Shown: positions 8,704 to 17,112 of the stretch, piece after piece | Numbering within the stretch: position 1 is the first letter of the stretch | Layout of the letters: every line of letters starts with the position of its first letter | NCBI GenBank assembly: GCA_963734545.1 | Contig: CAVTHO010000005.1 | Coordinates: 198,886 to 262,885 of the forward strand | Length of the DNA stretch: 64,000 nucleotides | Source of the DNA: an uncultured Spirochaetota bacterium | GTDB lineage: Bacteria; Spirochaetota; Spirochaetia; SZUA-6; Fen-1364 | Direction of reading: 5' to 3' | Translations under genes and position numbers: made by a program | Notes under the pieces: generated by a model | What the model saw: only the letters and a program-made list of their open reading frames with translations | Told to the model about the DNA's origin: nothing | The model's database searches: none

Positions 8704-9918
8704 ATGAGCTCAGTCAGCCTGCCCGCACAACGGAAGAGTCTCTTCGCGTCCAGCACCCAGACCGTCACGATGATCGCGGCCCTGCTGATCATCTGGCTCC
8801 TGTTCGGAGCGCTCACGAACTTCACATTCCTCTCGCCCCGGAACCTCTCCAACCTGTTCCGGCAGATGACGATCATCTCGTTTCTGGCCTGCGGCATGGT
8901 ATTCGTGATCGTCACGGGAAGAATCGACCTCTCGGTGGGATCGGTGACAGGGTTCATCTCCGCCATCGCCGCCGTGCTCCAGGCCCGGACCTTCCCCGAC
9001 TTCCTGCCGAAGCTGTTTCCCGCCCTCGCGGGAACCCCGTGGATAGGAGTCATCTCCACTATTGCGACCATCGTCATTGCAATGAGCGTTGGCATCCTGG
9101 TCGGCATGTTCCAGGGCTCCATCATCGCCTACCTCGGGGTGCCTGCATTCATGGTCACACTGGGCGGCATGCTCATGTTCCGCGGCGGCGTCCTTGGCGT
9201 GACCCGTGGCGAATCGGTCATGCCCATCGAGAACTCCCTGCGCCTGATAGCCCAGGGATACCTCTCCGACTGGCTTGGCCTGATCTTTGCGGCGGCAGCC
9301 GCCGTCGTCATCTTTATCATGACATTCAGCACCCGTGCGCGGCAGCAGCAGTTCGGGTTCGCGCTCGCCCCGTTCTGGAAGGACCTTGCCAAGGCCATGG
9401 CCGCTTCGTTTGGCCTCTTTGTCTATGTCGTGATCATGAACATCTACCGCGGCGTGCAGACCCCTGTGCTCCTCCTGGCGATCGTCGTTGTCATCATGTC
9501 CTACCTGGCCAATTCCACCCGGTTCGGCAGGTATTCCTACGCCATCGGAGGCAACCCCGAGGCCACGCGGCTCTCAGGGGTAAACATAAAAAAGAACCTC
9601 TTCCTCATATTCGTGCTCATGGGCGCCCTTTGCGCCGTGGCCGGCATCGTGCTCACCGGCTACGTGGCGGCGGGGACAATCGGGGCAGGCACCAACTACG
9701 AGCTGGATGCCATCGCCTCGTGCATCCTCGGCGGCACCTCCCCCCTGGGCGGCAGTGGAACGATCATCGGCGCCATGCTCGGCTCCCTCATCATCGCAAG
9801 CCTTGCCAACGGCATGAGCGTCATGAACGTCGCACCGTTCTGGCAGTACATCGTCCGCGGCCTGGTGCTCATCCTCGCCGTCTATCTGGACGTGGCAACC
9901 CGGAAAGGTCGACGGTAG
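8704..9918 (+). CDS. xylH: Xylose-type ABC transporter permease (BPD_transp_2)
   Basis: Polytopic membrane protein with the CUT2 permease core (GRIDLSVGS, RFGRYSYAIGGNPEATRLSGVN, ELDAIASCILGGTS.LGGSGT). It starts 4 nt after the xylG stop. Confidence 0.88.
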   Translation: MSSVSLPAQRKSLFASSTQTVTMIAALLIIWLLFGALTNFTFLSPRNLSNLFRQMTIISFLACGMVFVIVTGRIDLSVGSVTGFISAIAAVLQARTFPDFLPKLFPALAGTPWIGVISTIATIVIAMSVGILVGMFQGSIIAYLGVPAFMVTLGGMLMFRGGVLGVTRGESVMPIENSLRLIAQGYLSDWLGLIFAAAAAVVIFIMTFSTRARQQQFGFALAPFWKDLAKAMAASFGLFVYVVIMNIYRGVQTPVLLLAIVVVIMSYLANSTRFGRYSYAIGGNPEATRLSGVNIKKNLFLIFVLMGALCAVAGIVLTGYVAAGTIGAGTNYELDAIASCILGGTSPLGGSGTIIGAMLGSLIIASLANGMSVMNVAPFWQYIVRGLVLILAVYLDVATRKGRR

Positions 9919-9987
9919 GGGAGGAACAAGCCCCGGGACTCCGCGTTCCCTTGCGGTCGCGCCGATCCCCGCGCTATCATTCCCTCG

Positions 9988-11301
9988 ATGGCCTTCACGG
10001 TCCTGATTGTGGACGACGAAAGGGAGATGTGCCTCTCCCTTTCGGAGATCTTTTCCTCCCACGGTTTCTCCTCGGTCACGGCGACCGATCCCCATGCGGT
10101 ACCCGCCCTCATCGAGAAGCACGGGGTGGGGCTCATCCTCCTGGACATTCACATGCCCCAGCAGAGCGGCATCGATCTGCTGAAGCTCATCAAGAGCCGG
10201 GACCGTTCCCTGCCGATCATCATGATCACCGGCTACCCTTCCATCGAGAATGCGGTGGAGTCCATGCGCTATGGCGCGCACAACGTATTCGTCAAGCCGC
10301 TCAAGATCCGCGAGCTCGTGAAGGAGATCGAGCAGATCCGGGATTCCCGGGCGCGCGCAGGAGCCGACTCCGGAGAAGCCGCCCTGGTGACGGGGAACCC
10401 GGAGATGCTCCGCATCCTGACAGAGATCGACCGCGTGGCCCCCACGGACGCCCCGGTCCTTATCACGGGCGAAAGCGGCACGGGAAAGGAGCTGGTGGCA
10501 GGCGCCATCCACCGCCGGAGCACGCGGCGGGACGGGCCATTCATCAAGGTGAATTGCGCCTCCATACCGGACACCCTGCTGGAGAGCGAGATGTTCGGCC
10601 ACGAGCAGGGCGCATTCACCGATGCGGTCCGCCGCCATATCGGAAAACTGGAGCTCGCCGATCGCGGCACGCTCTTTCTCGACGAGATCGGAGATATGAC
10701 GCTCTCCACCCAGCCCAAGCTGCTCCGGGTCCTGCAGGACGGCGAGTTCCAGAGGCTGGGAGGGGTGGAAACCTTCCGATCCAGCGCGCGGATCATCGCC
10801 GCAACCAACAACGACATCGGTGAGCTCATGGGAGAAAAGGGGTTCCGTGAAGACCTCTTCTACCGGCTTTCGGTGGTGACGATCCACCTGCCTGCTCTGC
10901 GCGAGAGAAAGGACGACATCGAGAGGCTTCTCAGCCATTTCCTGGGGCTTTTCAGCAGGAAATACTCGAGGGACATCGCGTCCGTGTCCGAATCGGTGCG
11001 GGACATCCTTTTCCGGCACGAATGGCCGGGCAACGTCCGGGAGCTGCGCAACTGTGTCGAGCGCGCGGTGATTTTCTGCGATTCTCACGAGCTCCGGGAG
11101 GAGCATCTGCCCGCCCAGTACGTGAAGCTGAGAGACCAGGGCTTCCCGGACAGCCTGGAGTCCATCTATGAGAAACTCTCCCGGCAGAGGATCTCCGAGG
11201 CGCTCGCAAGGACCAGCGGGGAGAAGCAGAAGGCGGCAAAGCTCCTCAATATCAGCAGGAAAACGCTGTACAACAGGATGAAGAAGCTCGGGATGGAATG
11301 A
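9988..11301 (+). CDS. Sigma-54-dependent response regulator (NtrC family)
   Basis: REC domain (VLIVDDE, ILLDIHMP), Walker A GESGTGKE, GAFTDA variant of the GAFTGA loop, LFLDEIG, and a C-terminal HTH (AAKLLNISRKTLYNRMKKLG). Confidence 0.9.
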   Translation: MAFTVLIVDDEREMCLSLSEIFSSHGFSSVTATDPHAVPALIEKHGVGLILLDIHMPQQSGIDLLKLIKSRDRSLPIIMITGYPSIENAVESMRYGAHNVFVKPLKIRELVKEIEQIRDSRARAGADSGEAALVTGNPEMLRILTEIDRVAPTDAPVLITGESGTGKELVAGAIHRRSTRRDGPFIKVNCASIPDTLLESEMFGHEQGAFTDAVRRHIGKLELADRGTLFLDEIGDMTLSTQPKLLRVLQDGEFQRLGGVETFRSSARIIAATNNDIGELMGEKGFREDLFYRLSVVTIHLPALRERKDDIERLLSHFLGLFSRKYSRDIASVSESVRDILFRHEWPGNVRELRNCVERAVIFCDSHELREEHLPAQYVKLRDQGFPDSLESIYEKLSRQRISEALARTSGEKQKAAKLLNISRKTLYNRMKKLGME

Positions 11302-13134
11302 AAGACGCGGACGCGACGCCCCTCCTGCAGATGCGCGGCATCAGGGTCTCCTATGGGAACATTCCCGCCCTGCGGGACGCGGACTTCGACCTGTACCGCG
11401 GGGAAATACATGCGCTGGTGGGAGCCCATCGGGCCGGGCAAGTCCTCGTTGGTGAAGCTGCTGAGCGGGGCGGTGCGCAAGGACGCGGGTGAAATAATCT
11501 TCGACGGCCGGCGGATGGAATCGTTCACCCCGCGCACCGCGATCAGGAACGGCATCGGGATCGTCTACCAGCACCTCAACATCATCCCCTCTCTGAGCGC
11601 CGCGGAGAACATCTTCGCCGGGCGGCTCCTGAAGGCCGGGATGCTCAGACTCAACCATCATCGGATGCGCGACGAGGCCGCCGCTCTCTTTGCCCGGCTC
11701 TCGTTCCCCCTGGACGTGGATGTTCCGGTGCACCGGCTCACCGTTGCGGCGCAGCACATGGTGGAGCTGGCGCGGGTACTCTCCTTCAATCCGCGCATCC
11801 TGATCCTGGACGAGGTGTCCAACAAGCTCACCCCTGAGGAGATGGAGCGCATCTATCCGATGCTGCTGCAGTTCAAGGCCGACGGCAAGAGCGTGGTGTA
11901 CATCTCGCACAACATGGATGAGATCTTCCAGTTCGCCGACCGCGTGACCATCCTCAAGGACGGCCGCAGGATGGACACGGAGCGCATCGAGGACCTGGAT
12001 CGCGTCAAGCTCATCAAGCTCACCTACTCGTTCGTGCTCAGCCGCGAGGAGCTGGGCAGACAGAACCTCGAGCTCTACAGCCTGAAGCTGTACAATGAAA
12101 ACATCATCAAGAACATTCCCGTCGGCGTGATCATCCTCAACGCGGAGCAGGGAATCTACCTCATCAATTACGCGGCCACGAAGATACTGGGGCTCGAGGC
12201 AGGGGTGGTCGGCCGGCAGTTCGCGGAGGTGGTGCGCCCGGATGAGTTTCCGGACATGGCTGATGTCATGGAAATGATCGGGTCACGACAGGAGCTGTTC
12301 CTGAAAGAAGCCCCTTACCGTGGAGAGAAGATTCTGAAGGTCTCGGTTTTCCCTTTCCGCGACGAGGACTACGACTTCCTGGGAACCATCATCCTGGTGG
12401 AGGACATATCCCGGGAGCGTTCCATCGAGGAATACCTCCTGCGCACGGAAAAGCTTGCGTCCACGGCGGAGCTGGCGGCAGGAGTGGCGCACGAGATCAA
12501 CAACCCCCTGGGCATCGTGCAGAACTACGTTGAGCTGCTGAAGCTGCGGGACCTCGACGCCGACTCCCGGGTGAAGCTGGAGAAGATCGAAAACGAGGTG
12601 AACCGGATCGAGAAGATCGTCGGAAGCCTTCTTTCGTTCTCGAAGTTCAGCGACGTGAGTTTTCACGAGATCGACGTCGCAGAGGTTCTCGATGAGGTGA
12701 TGCTTCTCCTCGCGCATCGATTCACGGAGAAGGGCATAGCGGTGGACAGGAAGATGCCGCCGGATTCGGCGCTCATCCTGGGTGACGAGAACAAGCTGAA
12801 GCAGCTTTTCCTCAACCTCTTCTCCAACAGCATCGAGGCCGTTGCGGATGGCGGAGCAATCCACGTGGATCTGGCCGTGGAAGAGGCGCGGGGGACCGTG
12901 GAGTTCCTGATTACGGACAACGGGTGCGGGATTCCTGCCGAGATCGCCGGTCGGATCTACGATCCTTTCTTCAGCACGAAGAAAAGCAGGAAGAACGCGG
13001 GACTCGGGCTTTCCATCTGTCAGAGGATCGTGGAGCTGCACAACGGGATGATCACCTGCACAAGCGTGCCCGGCAGATCCACAAGCTTCCTGGTGAGGTT
13101 CCCTCGAATCGTTCCCGGCGCGTCCCGTGTGTAA
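11298..13134 (+). CDS. ABC-type nucleotide-binding domain fused to a PAS-histidine kinase (one frame break at about 11433-11442)
   Basis: ORFs 11298-11492 and 11353-13134 join into one protein if one nt is removed at GCC GGG [C] AAG. This gives Walker A GAHRAGKS, Q-loop IVYQH, signature-like LTVAAQHMVELARVL, Walker B ILILDEVS and H-loop YISHNMDE. A PAS-like region, H-box AAGVAHEINNPLGIV and HATPase_c (DNGCGI, NAGLGLS) follow. No TM segment is visible. It is ATGA-coupled to the activator gene. Confidence 0.75.
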
Positions 13135-13263
13135 GCCGTTACCCATGAAACAGGCCCGGCGGAAAGCATATTTCCCATGGATCCGGGGCGGCGGGTATGA
13201 CACATCGCGGTGATTGCAAGTTCTTGCCCCGCAATAAGTTGGAAGAGGCGCACGGAGCCGTCG

Positions 13264-13279
13264 CGGCACGCTTCTTGCT
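13264..13279 (+). promoter_or_regulatory. Sigma-54 (-24/-12) promoter upstream of the binding-protein gene
   Basis: cGGCACGcttcTTGCT matches TGGCACG-N4-TTGCW. It lies about 48 nt upstream of ATG 13327 (RBS AAAGGAG), downstream of the activator/kinase pair. Confidence 0.6.
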
Positions 13280-13326
13280 TGGTACCCGCATCCGGCCGCA
13301 TGACGGCCACTATGAAAGGAGTCCAT

Positions 13327-14283
13327 ATGAAGAGACTGGTTCTGATCGTATGCGCCTTGCTGATGTTCGGGCTCGCGCTGGGCTTTGCGGGCGGTGCCAA
13401 GGAGGCCAAAACCTTCGAGGTGGCCGTGTCGCTGCCCGGTTCCGTCGAGTTCTTCAGCGTCGAGCGAAGAGGGATGGACAAGGCTGCTGCGGAGTTCGGC
13501 ATCAAGCTCACCTACTCTGACGCCGAATGGGACGCGGGCAAGCAGCTCTCCCAGGTGGAAAATTTCGCCGCAAAGAAGGTCGACCTGATCCTCTTGTGCG
13601 CGGCCGATAATCAGGCGCTCCTGCCAGCGGTGAAAGTATGCAAGGATGCCAAGATCCCCCTCATTACCTTTACCAACGTGATCGGGCCCAACCCGGACGG
13701 AAAGCTTGACGGGGTTCTCTCGTTTATCGGCACAAACGAAGTGACCATCGGACGCCTGATTGGCCAGATGGCGGAAAAGGCCCTGGACGGAAACCCGGCA
13801 AACATCGTTCTCATAGAAGGGACCCCGGGTACTCCCCCGCAGAGAATGCGGACCCAGGGATTCAAGGAAATCGTGGACAAGCACCCCAACTGGAAGATCG
13901 TGTATTCACAGGCCATTACCGGCTGGACCAAGGAAGGCGCGCTGGCAGCAATGGAGGCTTTCCTGCAGTCCGGGCAGAGGGTGGACCTGGTTGCCTGCCA
14001 GTGGTACGGCGGCGCCACCGCGGCCGCTCAGGCGCTGAAGGAGAAAGGGTACAGCCAGAACAAGGTGACCATTACAGGCTACGAGTTTTCCAAGGAGCTT
14101 GCCCCGTTCATCAAGGACGGAACGGTGGACATGACTGCCAACTACTCCATCGAGGATACGGGATACAAGGCGGTCCAGGCTGCTGCTAAGTATCTGAAGG
14201 GCGAAAAGATCCCCTCGTTCACCGAGGTGGTGCCCTACATTGTCTCAAAGGAAAACGTGGACTCGGTCGTACCGGAGATGTAG
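13327..14283 (+). CDS. Ribose-type (Peripla_BP_4) sugar ABC transporter substrate-binding protein
   Basis: Start chosen at ATG 13327, after AAAGGAG and in frame with ORF 13210. Signal peptide MKRLVLIVCALLMFGLALGFAGG. RbsB-like body (QVENFAAKKVDLILL, IPLITF, IVLIEGTPGTPPQRMR, KVTITGYEF). Confidence 0.85.
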   Translation: MKRLVLIVCALLMFGLALGFAGGAKEAKTFEVAVSLPGSVEFFSVERRGMDKAAAEFGIKLTYSDAEWDAGKQLSQVENFAAKKVDLILLCAADNQALLPAVKVCKDAKIPLITFTNVIGPNPDGKLDGVLSFIGTNEVTIGRLIGQMAEKALDGNPANIVLIEGTPGTPPQRMRTQGFKEIVDKHPNWKIVYSQAITGWTKEGALAAMEAFLQSGQRVDLVACQWYGGATAAAQALKEKGYSQNKVTITGYEFSKELAPFIKDGTVDMTANYSIEDTGYKAVQAAAKYLKGEKIPSFTEVVPYIVSKENVDSVVPEM

Positions 14284-14313
14284 GCCGGCGCTTCGACAGT
14301 CTGCACGCGGGGC

Positions 14314-14350
14314 GCGGTCCCTGCCCGCACGGGCAGGGGCCGCATTTTTT
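14314..14350 (+). terminator. Intrinsic terminator/attenuator hairpin after the binding-protein gene
   Basis: GCGGTCCCTGCCCG-ca-CGGGCAGGGGCCGC (one G-U pair) followed by aTTTTTT. The arrangement matches the one after xylF. Confidence 0.6.
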
Positions 14351-14356
14351 CAAAAA

Positions 14357-15610
14357 ATGAGGGACATAATGGGACCCTGGATCGCCACGCAACTGTTCGT
14401 CGGAAAGAACGAAACGTCGGCCGCCACCCGCGCGCGCGTCGGGGATGCCATTGCCCGGGTGCGCGAGCTGGCACGTGTCGACGCGGTCATGATCTGGCCT
14501 TCAGCCGCGCCCGGGCTCACCGAGGAGCTGGTGCGTGCCGCACGGAATTGCGGCATTTCGCCCTTTCTCTGGTTTCCGATCCTGGCGGACGTCCCGGGCG
14601 CGCCCGTGCCCCTCGATTCCCTCACCCGGAACAGCGACGGCTCGAGAGGGAACGGCTCAATCGGCGCATGGGAGGGTCTGGCCGGCGGTGAAGAGAACTT
14701 CCTTTTTTCCTGCCCCAATGCCGCAGGAAATCTGGGCTCCGTATTCCGGACATACGAGTCGCTCCTGTCCTCTCTCGACGTGGGAGGGGTCATGCTGGAC
14801 AGGATCCGTTTCCCCTCACCCGCCGCGGGCTGGGAATCCCTCTTCTGCTGCTTCTGCGAGTCTTGCCGCGACGGCTTTCAGGAGTTCGCTGGTCTCTCCC
14901 TCGATTCGATGCGTCAACGCGCCCAGGCCTTCATGACCCATATTCGGGAACAGGGCCTCTCGGAGCTGCACGCCGTCTGGACGGCACCCGGCGCGCTATG
15001 GACGGCGGCCGGACTGGAAAAGCTGGCCGCATTCCGCAGCCGGTCGATCACATCAGTGGTCGGGCGCTTCAGCTCCCTTGCGCGCGCACGCGGCCTGGCC
15101 GTCGGGCTCGATCTATTCAGCCCTTCGCTTGCGCCGCTGGTCGGCCAGGACTACGAGGCCCTGAGCAGCCTTTGTGACTGGATCAAGCCGATGACCTACT
15201 GCAACGCCGTGGGCCCGGCAGGTTTGCCCCTGGAGATCGCAAGCCTGTGGAAGGCGCTGCGTGCTCTGCATTCCGGCGCCGATGAATCGTCGGTCGGGGA
15301 CCTCCTGCGCAATGTCTTTTCCTGGCAGCTTCCCGGTGCGGCGGAGGACCTGCTCCGCAGCGGTCTTTCCACGGAGGTCATCTCCTCAGAGCTGGAGATG
15401 ATCGGACGAATGAGTCTCGCCTCCCGGACAAAAATCTACGCGGGCATCGAGGCGGTGAGAATGCCCGAGTTCGGAATCGATGTCACCTCCGGCATGCTGG
15501 CGCGCAGCCTGCAGCAGGTACGTCCGCCCGCCGACGGGATTGTGGCCTCCTGGAACCTGCTTCATGTCCCGGAAGAGAACCTCAGGCTCATCGGTGAGCT
15601 GAAAGGGTGA
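14357..15610 (+). CDS. Hypothetical cytoplasmic TIM-barrel, glycoside-hydrolase-like protein
   Basis: No signal peptide. Alternating beta/alpha pattern. Cys cluster FCCFCESCRDGF recalls the C-x-C-x-x-C zinc site of GH42-type barrels (from memory). It sits inside the ABC operon, and its stop overlaps the ATPase start (GTGA). Start is ATG 14357 or ATG 14369. Confidence 0.5.
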   Translation: MRDIMGPWIATQLFVGKNETSAATRARVGDAIARVRELARVDAVMIWPSAAPGLTEELVRAARNCGISPFLWFPILADVPGAPVPLDSLTRNSDGSRGNGSIGAWEGLAGGEENFLFSCPNAAGNLGSVFRTYESLLSSLDVGGVMLDRIRFPSPAAGWESLFCCFCESCRDGFQEFAGLSLDSMRQRAQAFMTHIREQGLSELHAVWTAPGALWTAAGLEKLAAFRSRSITSVVGRFSSLARARGLAVGLDLFSPSLAPLVGQDYEALSSLCDWIKPMTYCNAVGPAGLPLEIASLWKALRALHSGADESSVGDLLRNVFSWQLPGAAEDLLRSGLSTEVISSELEMIGRMSLASRTKIYAGIEAVRMPEFGIDVTSGMLARSLQQVRPPADGIVASWNLLHVPEENLRLIGELKG

Positions 15611-17112
15611 GCGCGAGCATGGAAACGCTCCTTCGTCTTTCCGGCATCAGCAAGAGTTTTCCCGGTGTGCAGGCGCTGGACGCCATCGACCTGGAGATCG
15701 GCAGGGGTGAGGTGCATGCCCTTCTCGGGGAAAACGGCGCGGGGAAGTCGACCCTGGTAAAGGTCATCGCAGGGGTCCATCCCAGTGACGGGGGAACGCT
15801 GGTCTTCGAGGGTCGCGAGCGGCATTTCGCATCCCCTGGTGAGGCCTCCGCGGCCGGCATCGCCATGATCCATCAGGAGACGAGCCTCATCCCCACGCTG
15901 ACGGTCATGCAGAACGCGTTCCTCGGCATCGAGCGGAGGTCGTTCCTCAATGTGATCGACGATCGGCGCACCCGACGTGAATTCCTGGCTGCCTGCGAAA
16001 GACTCTCGTTCAAGCTGCCCCCGGCGCGGCTGGCCCGCGAATTGAGCGTGGCCGAGCAGAAGATGACGGAGATCCTGAAGGCGATGCTCCGCAATGCGTC
16101 CTTTCTCATCATGGACGAGCCTACCGACGCCCTTTCGGATGCCGAGATCGCGCACCTCTTCCGCATCATCCAGGACCTGAAGAGGGACCGGGTCACCGTG
16201 CTCTACATCACGCACTACCTGGACGAGGTGTTCCGCGTCGCGGACCGGATCACCGTGCTGCGGGACGGCAGGAAGGTGGGCACACGGAACGCGGCGGAGC
16301 TTGACAGGAATGCCATCGTCAGAATGATGATCGGCCAGGAGATCGAGGAGGGAGGAGAGTCCCGGCCCCGCGCGGCGCGCGGGGCAGAGGCCCTCCGCGC
16401 GGAAAACCTCGTCCGGGGGCGCGTGGTGAACGGTATTTCCTTCACCGCCTACCAGGGAGAGATACTGGGCATTGCCGGCGTGCTGGGCTCGGGAAAGACG
16501 GAGCTTGCCCGGCTGCTCTTCGGCGCCGACAGGCCCGATGCCGGGGCAATCTTCGTCGACGGGCGCGTACGGAGAATCGGCTCACCAACGGAGGCGGCAG
16601 CACAGGGTATCGGGATGGTGCCCGAGGACAGGAAGCGCCTCGGTCTTCTGCTGGGACACGAAGTGTACAAGAACATCACCATCGCCGCCGTGTCGAGGTT
16701 TTCCCGCGGGATATTCATACGCAAATCGGAAGAGCTGGCGGCGGTGGACAGGGTAGTGAAGAAGCTTTCGATCCGGATCAGGGGTCCTGCGCAGGCCGTC
16801 AAATACCTGAGCGGGGGCAACCAGCAGAAGGTGGTGATCGCAAAATGGCTCGTGGCTGACAAGAAAGTACTGATCATGGACGAACCCACCCGGGGAATCG
16901 ACGTGGGCTCCAAGATCGAGATCCACCGGATCATGAGAGCTCTGGCCGATGCGGGAGCCTGCATCATATTCATCTCCGCGGAGGTTCCCGAGATCGTGCG
17001 GGTGTCGGACAGGATCCTCGTCATGCAGGGAGGCGGAATCGTCGCCGAGCTGGAACGGGGGGCGACCCAGGAGCAGGTGGTCCACATGATGCTGAAAGGA
17101 AACGGTCAATGA
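15607..17112 (+). CDS. Sugar ABC transporter ATP-binding protein (two fused NBDs, RbsA-like)
   Basis: GENGAGKST, LSVAEQKMTEILKAM, LIMDEPT, YITHYL; second half LSGGNQQKVVIAKWL, LIMDEPTRGIDV. Confidence 0.9.
   Translation: MSASMETLLRLSGISKSFPGVQALDAIDLEIGRGEVHALLGENGAGKSTLVKVIAGVHPSDGGTLVFEGRERHFASPGEASAAGIAMIHQETSLIPTLTVMQNAFLGIERRSFLNVIDDRRTRREFLAACERLSFKLPPARLARELSVAEQKMTEILKAMLRNASFLIMDEPTDALSDAEIAHLFRIIQDLKRDRVTVLYITHYLDEVFRVADRITVLRDGRKVGTRNAAELDRNAIVRMMIGQEIEEGGESRPRAARGAEALRAENLVRGRVVNGISFTAYQGEILGIAGVLGSGKTELARLLFGADRPDAGAIFVDGRVRRIGSPTEAAAQGIGMVPEDRKRLGLLLGHEVYKNITIAAVSRFSRGIFIRKSEELAAVDRVVKKLSIRIRGPAQAVKYLSGGNQQKVVIAKWLVADKKVLIMDEPTRGIDVGSKIEIHRIMRALADAGACIIFISAEVPEIVRVSDRILVMQGGGIVAELERGATQEQVVHMMLKGNGQ

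Noticed and set aside
8601-10823. 740-aa ORF on the plus strand
   Set aside because: It runs in the wrong frame across xylH, an intergenic region and the sigma-54 regulator. The translation is Arg/Pro/His/Gly-rich nonsense. The overlapping frames have strong family signatures.
9574-13884. Long minus-strand ORFs 9574-11106 (510 aa) and 12283-13884 (533 aa)
   Set aside because: They are antisense to the regulator, the NBD-kinase and the binding-protein genes. They show no recognisable domains and have GC-driven open frames.
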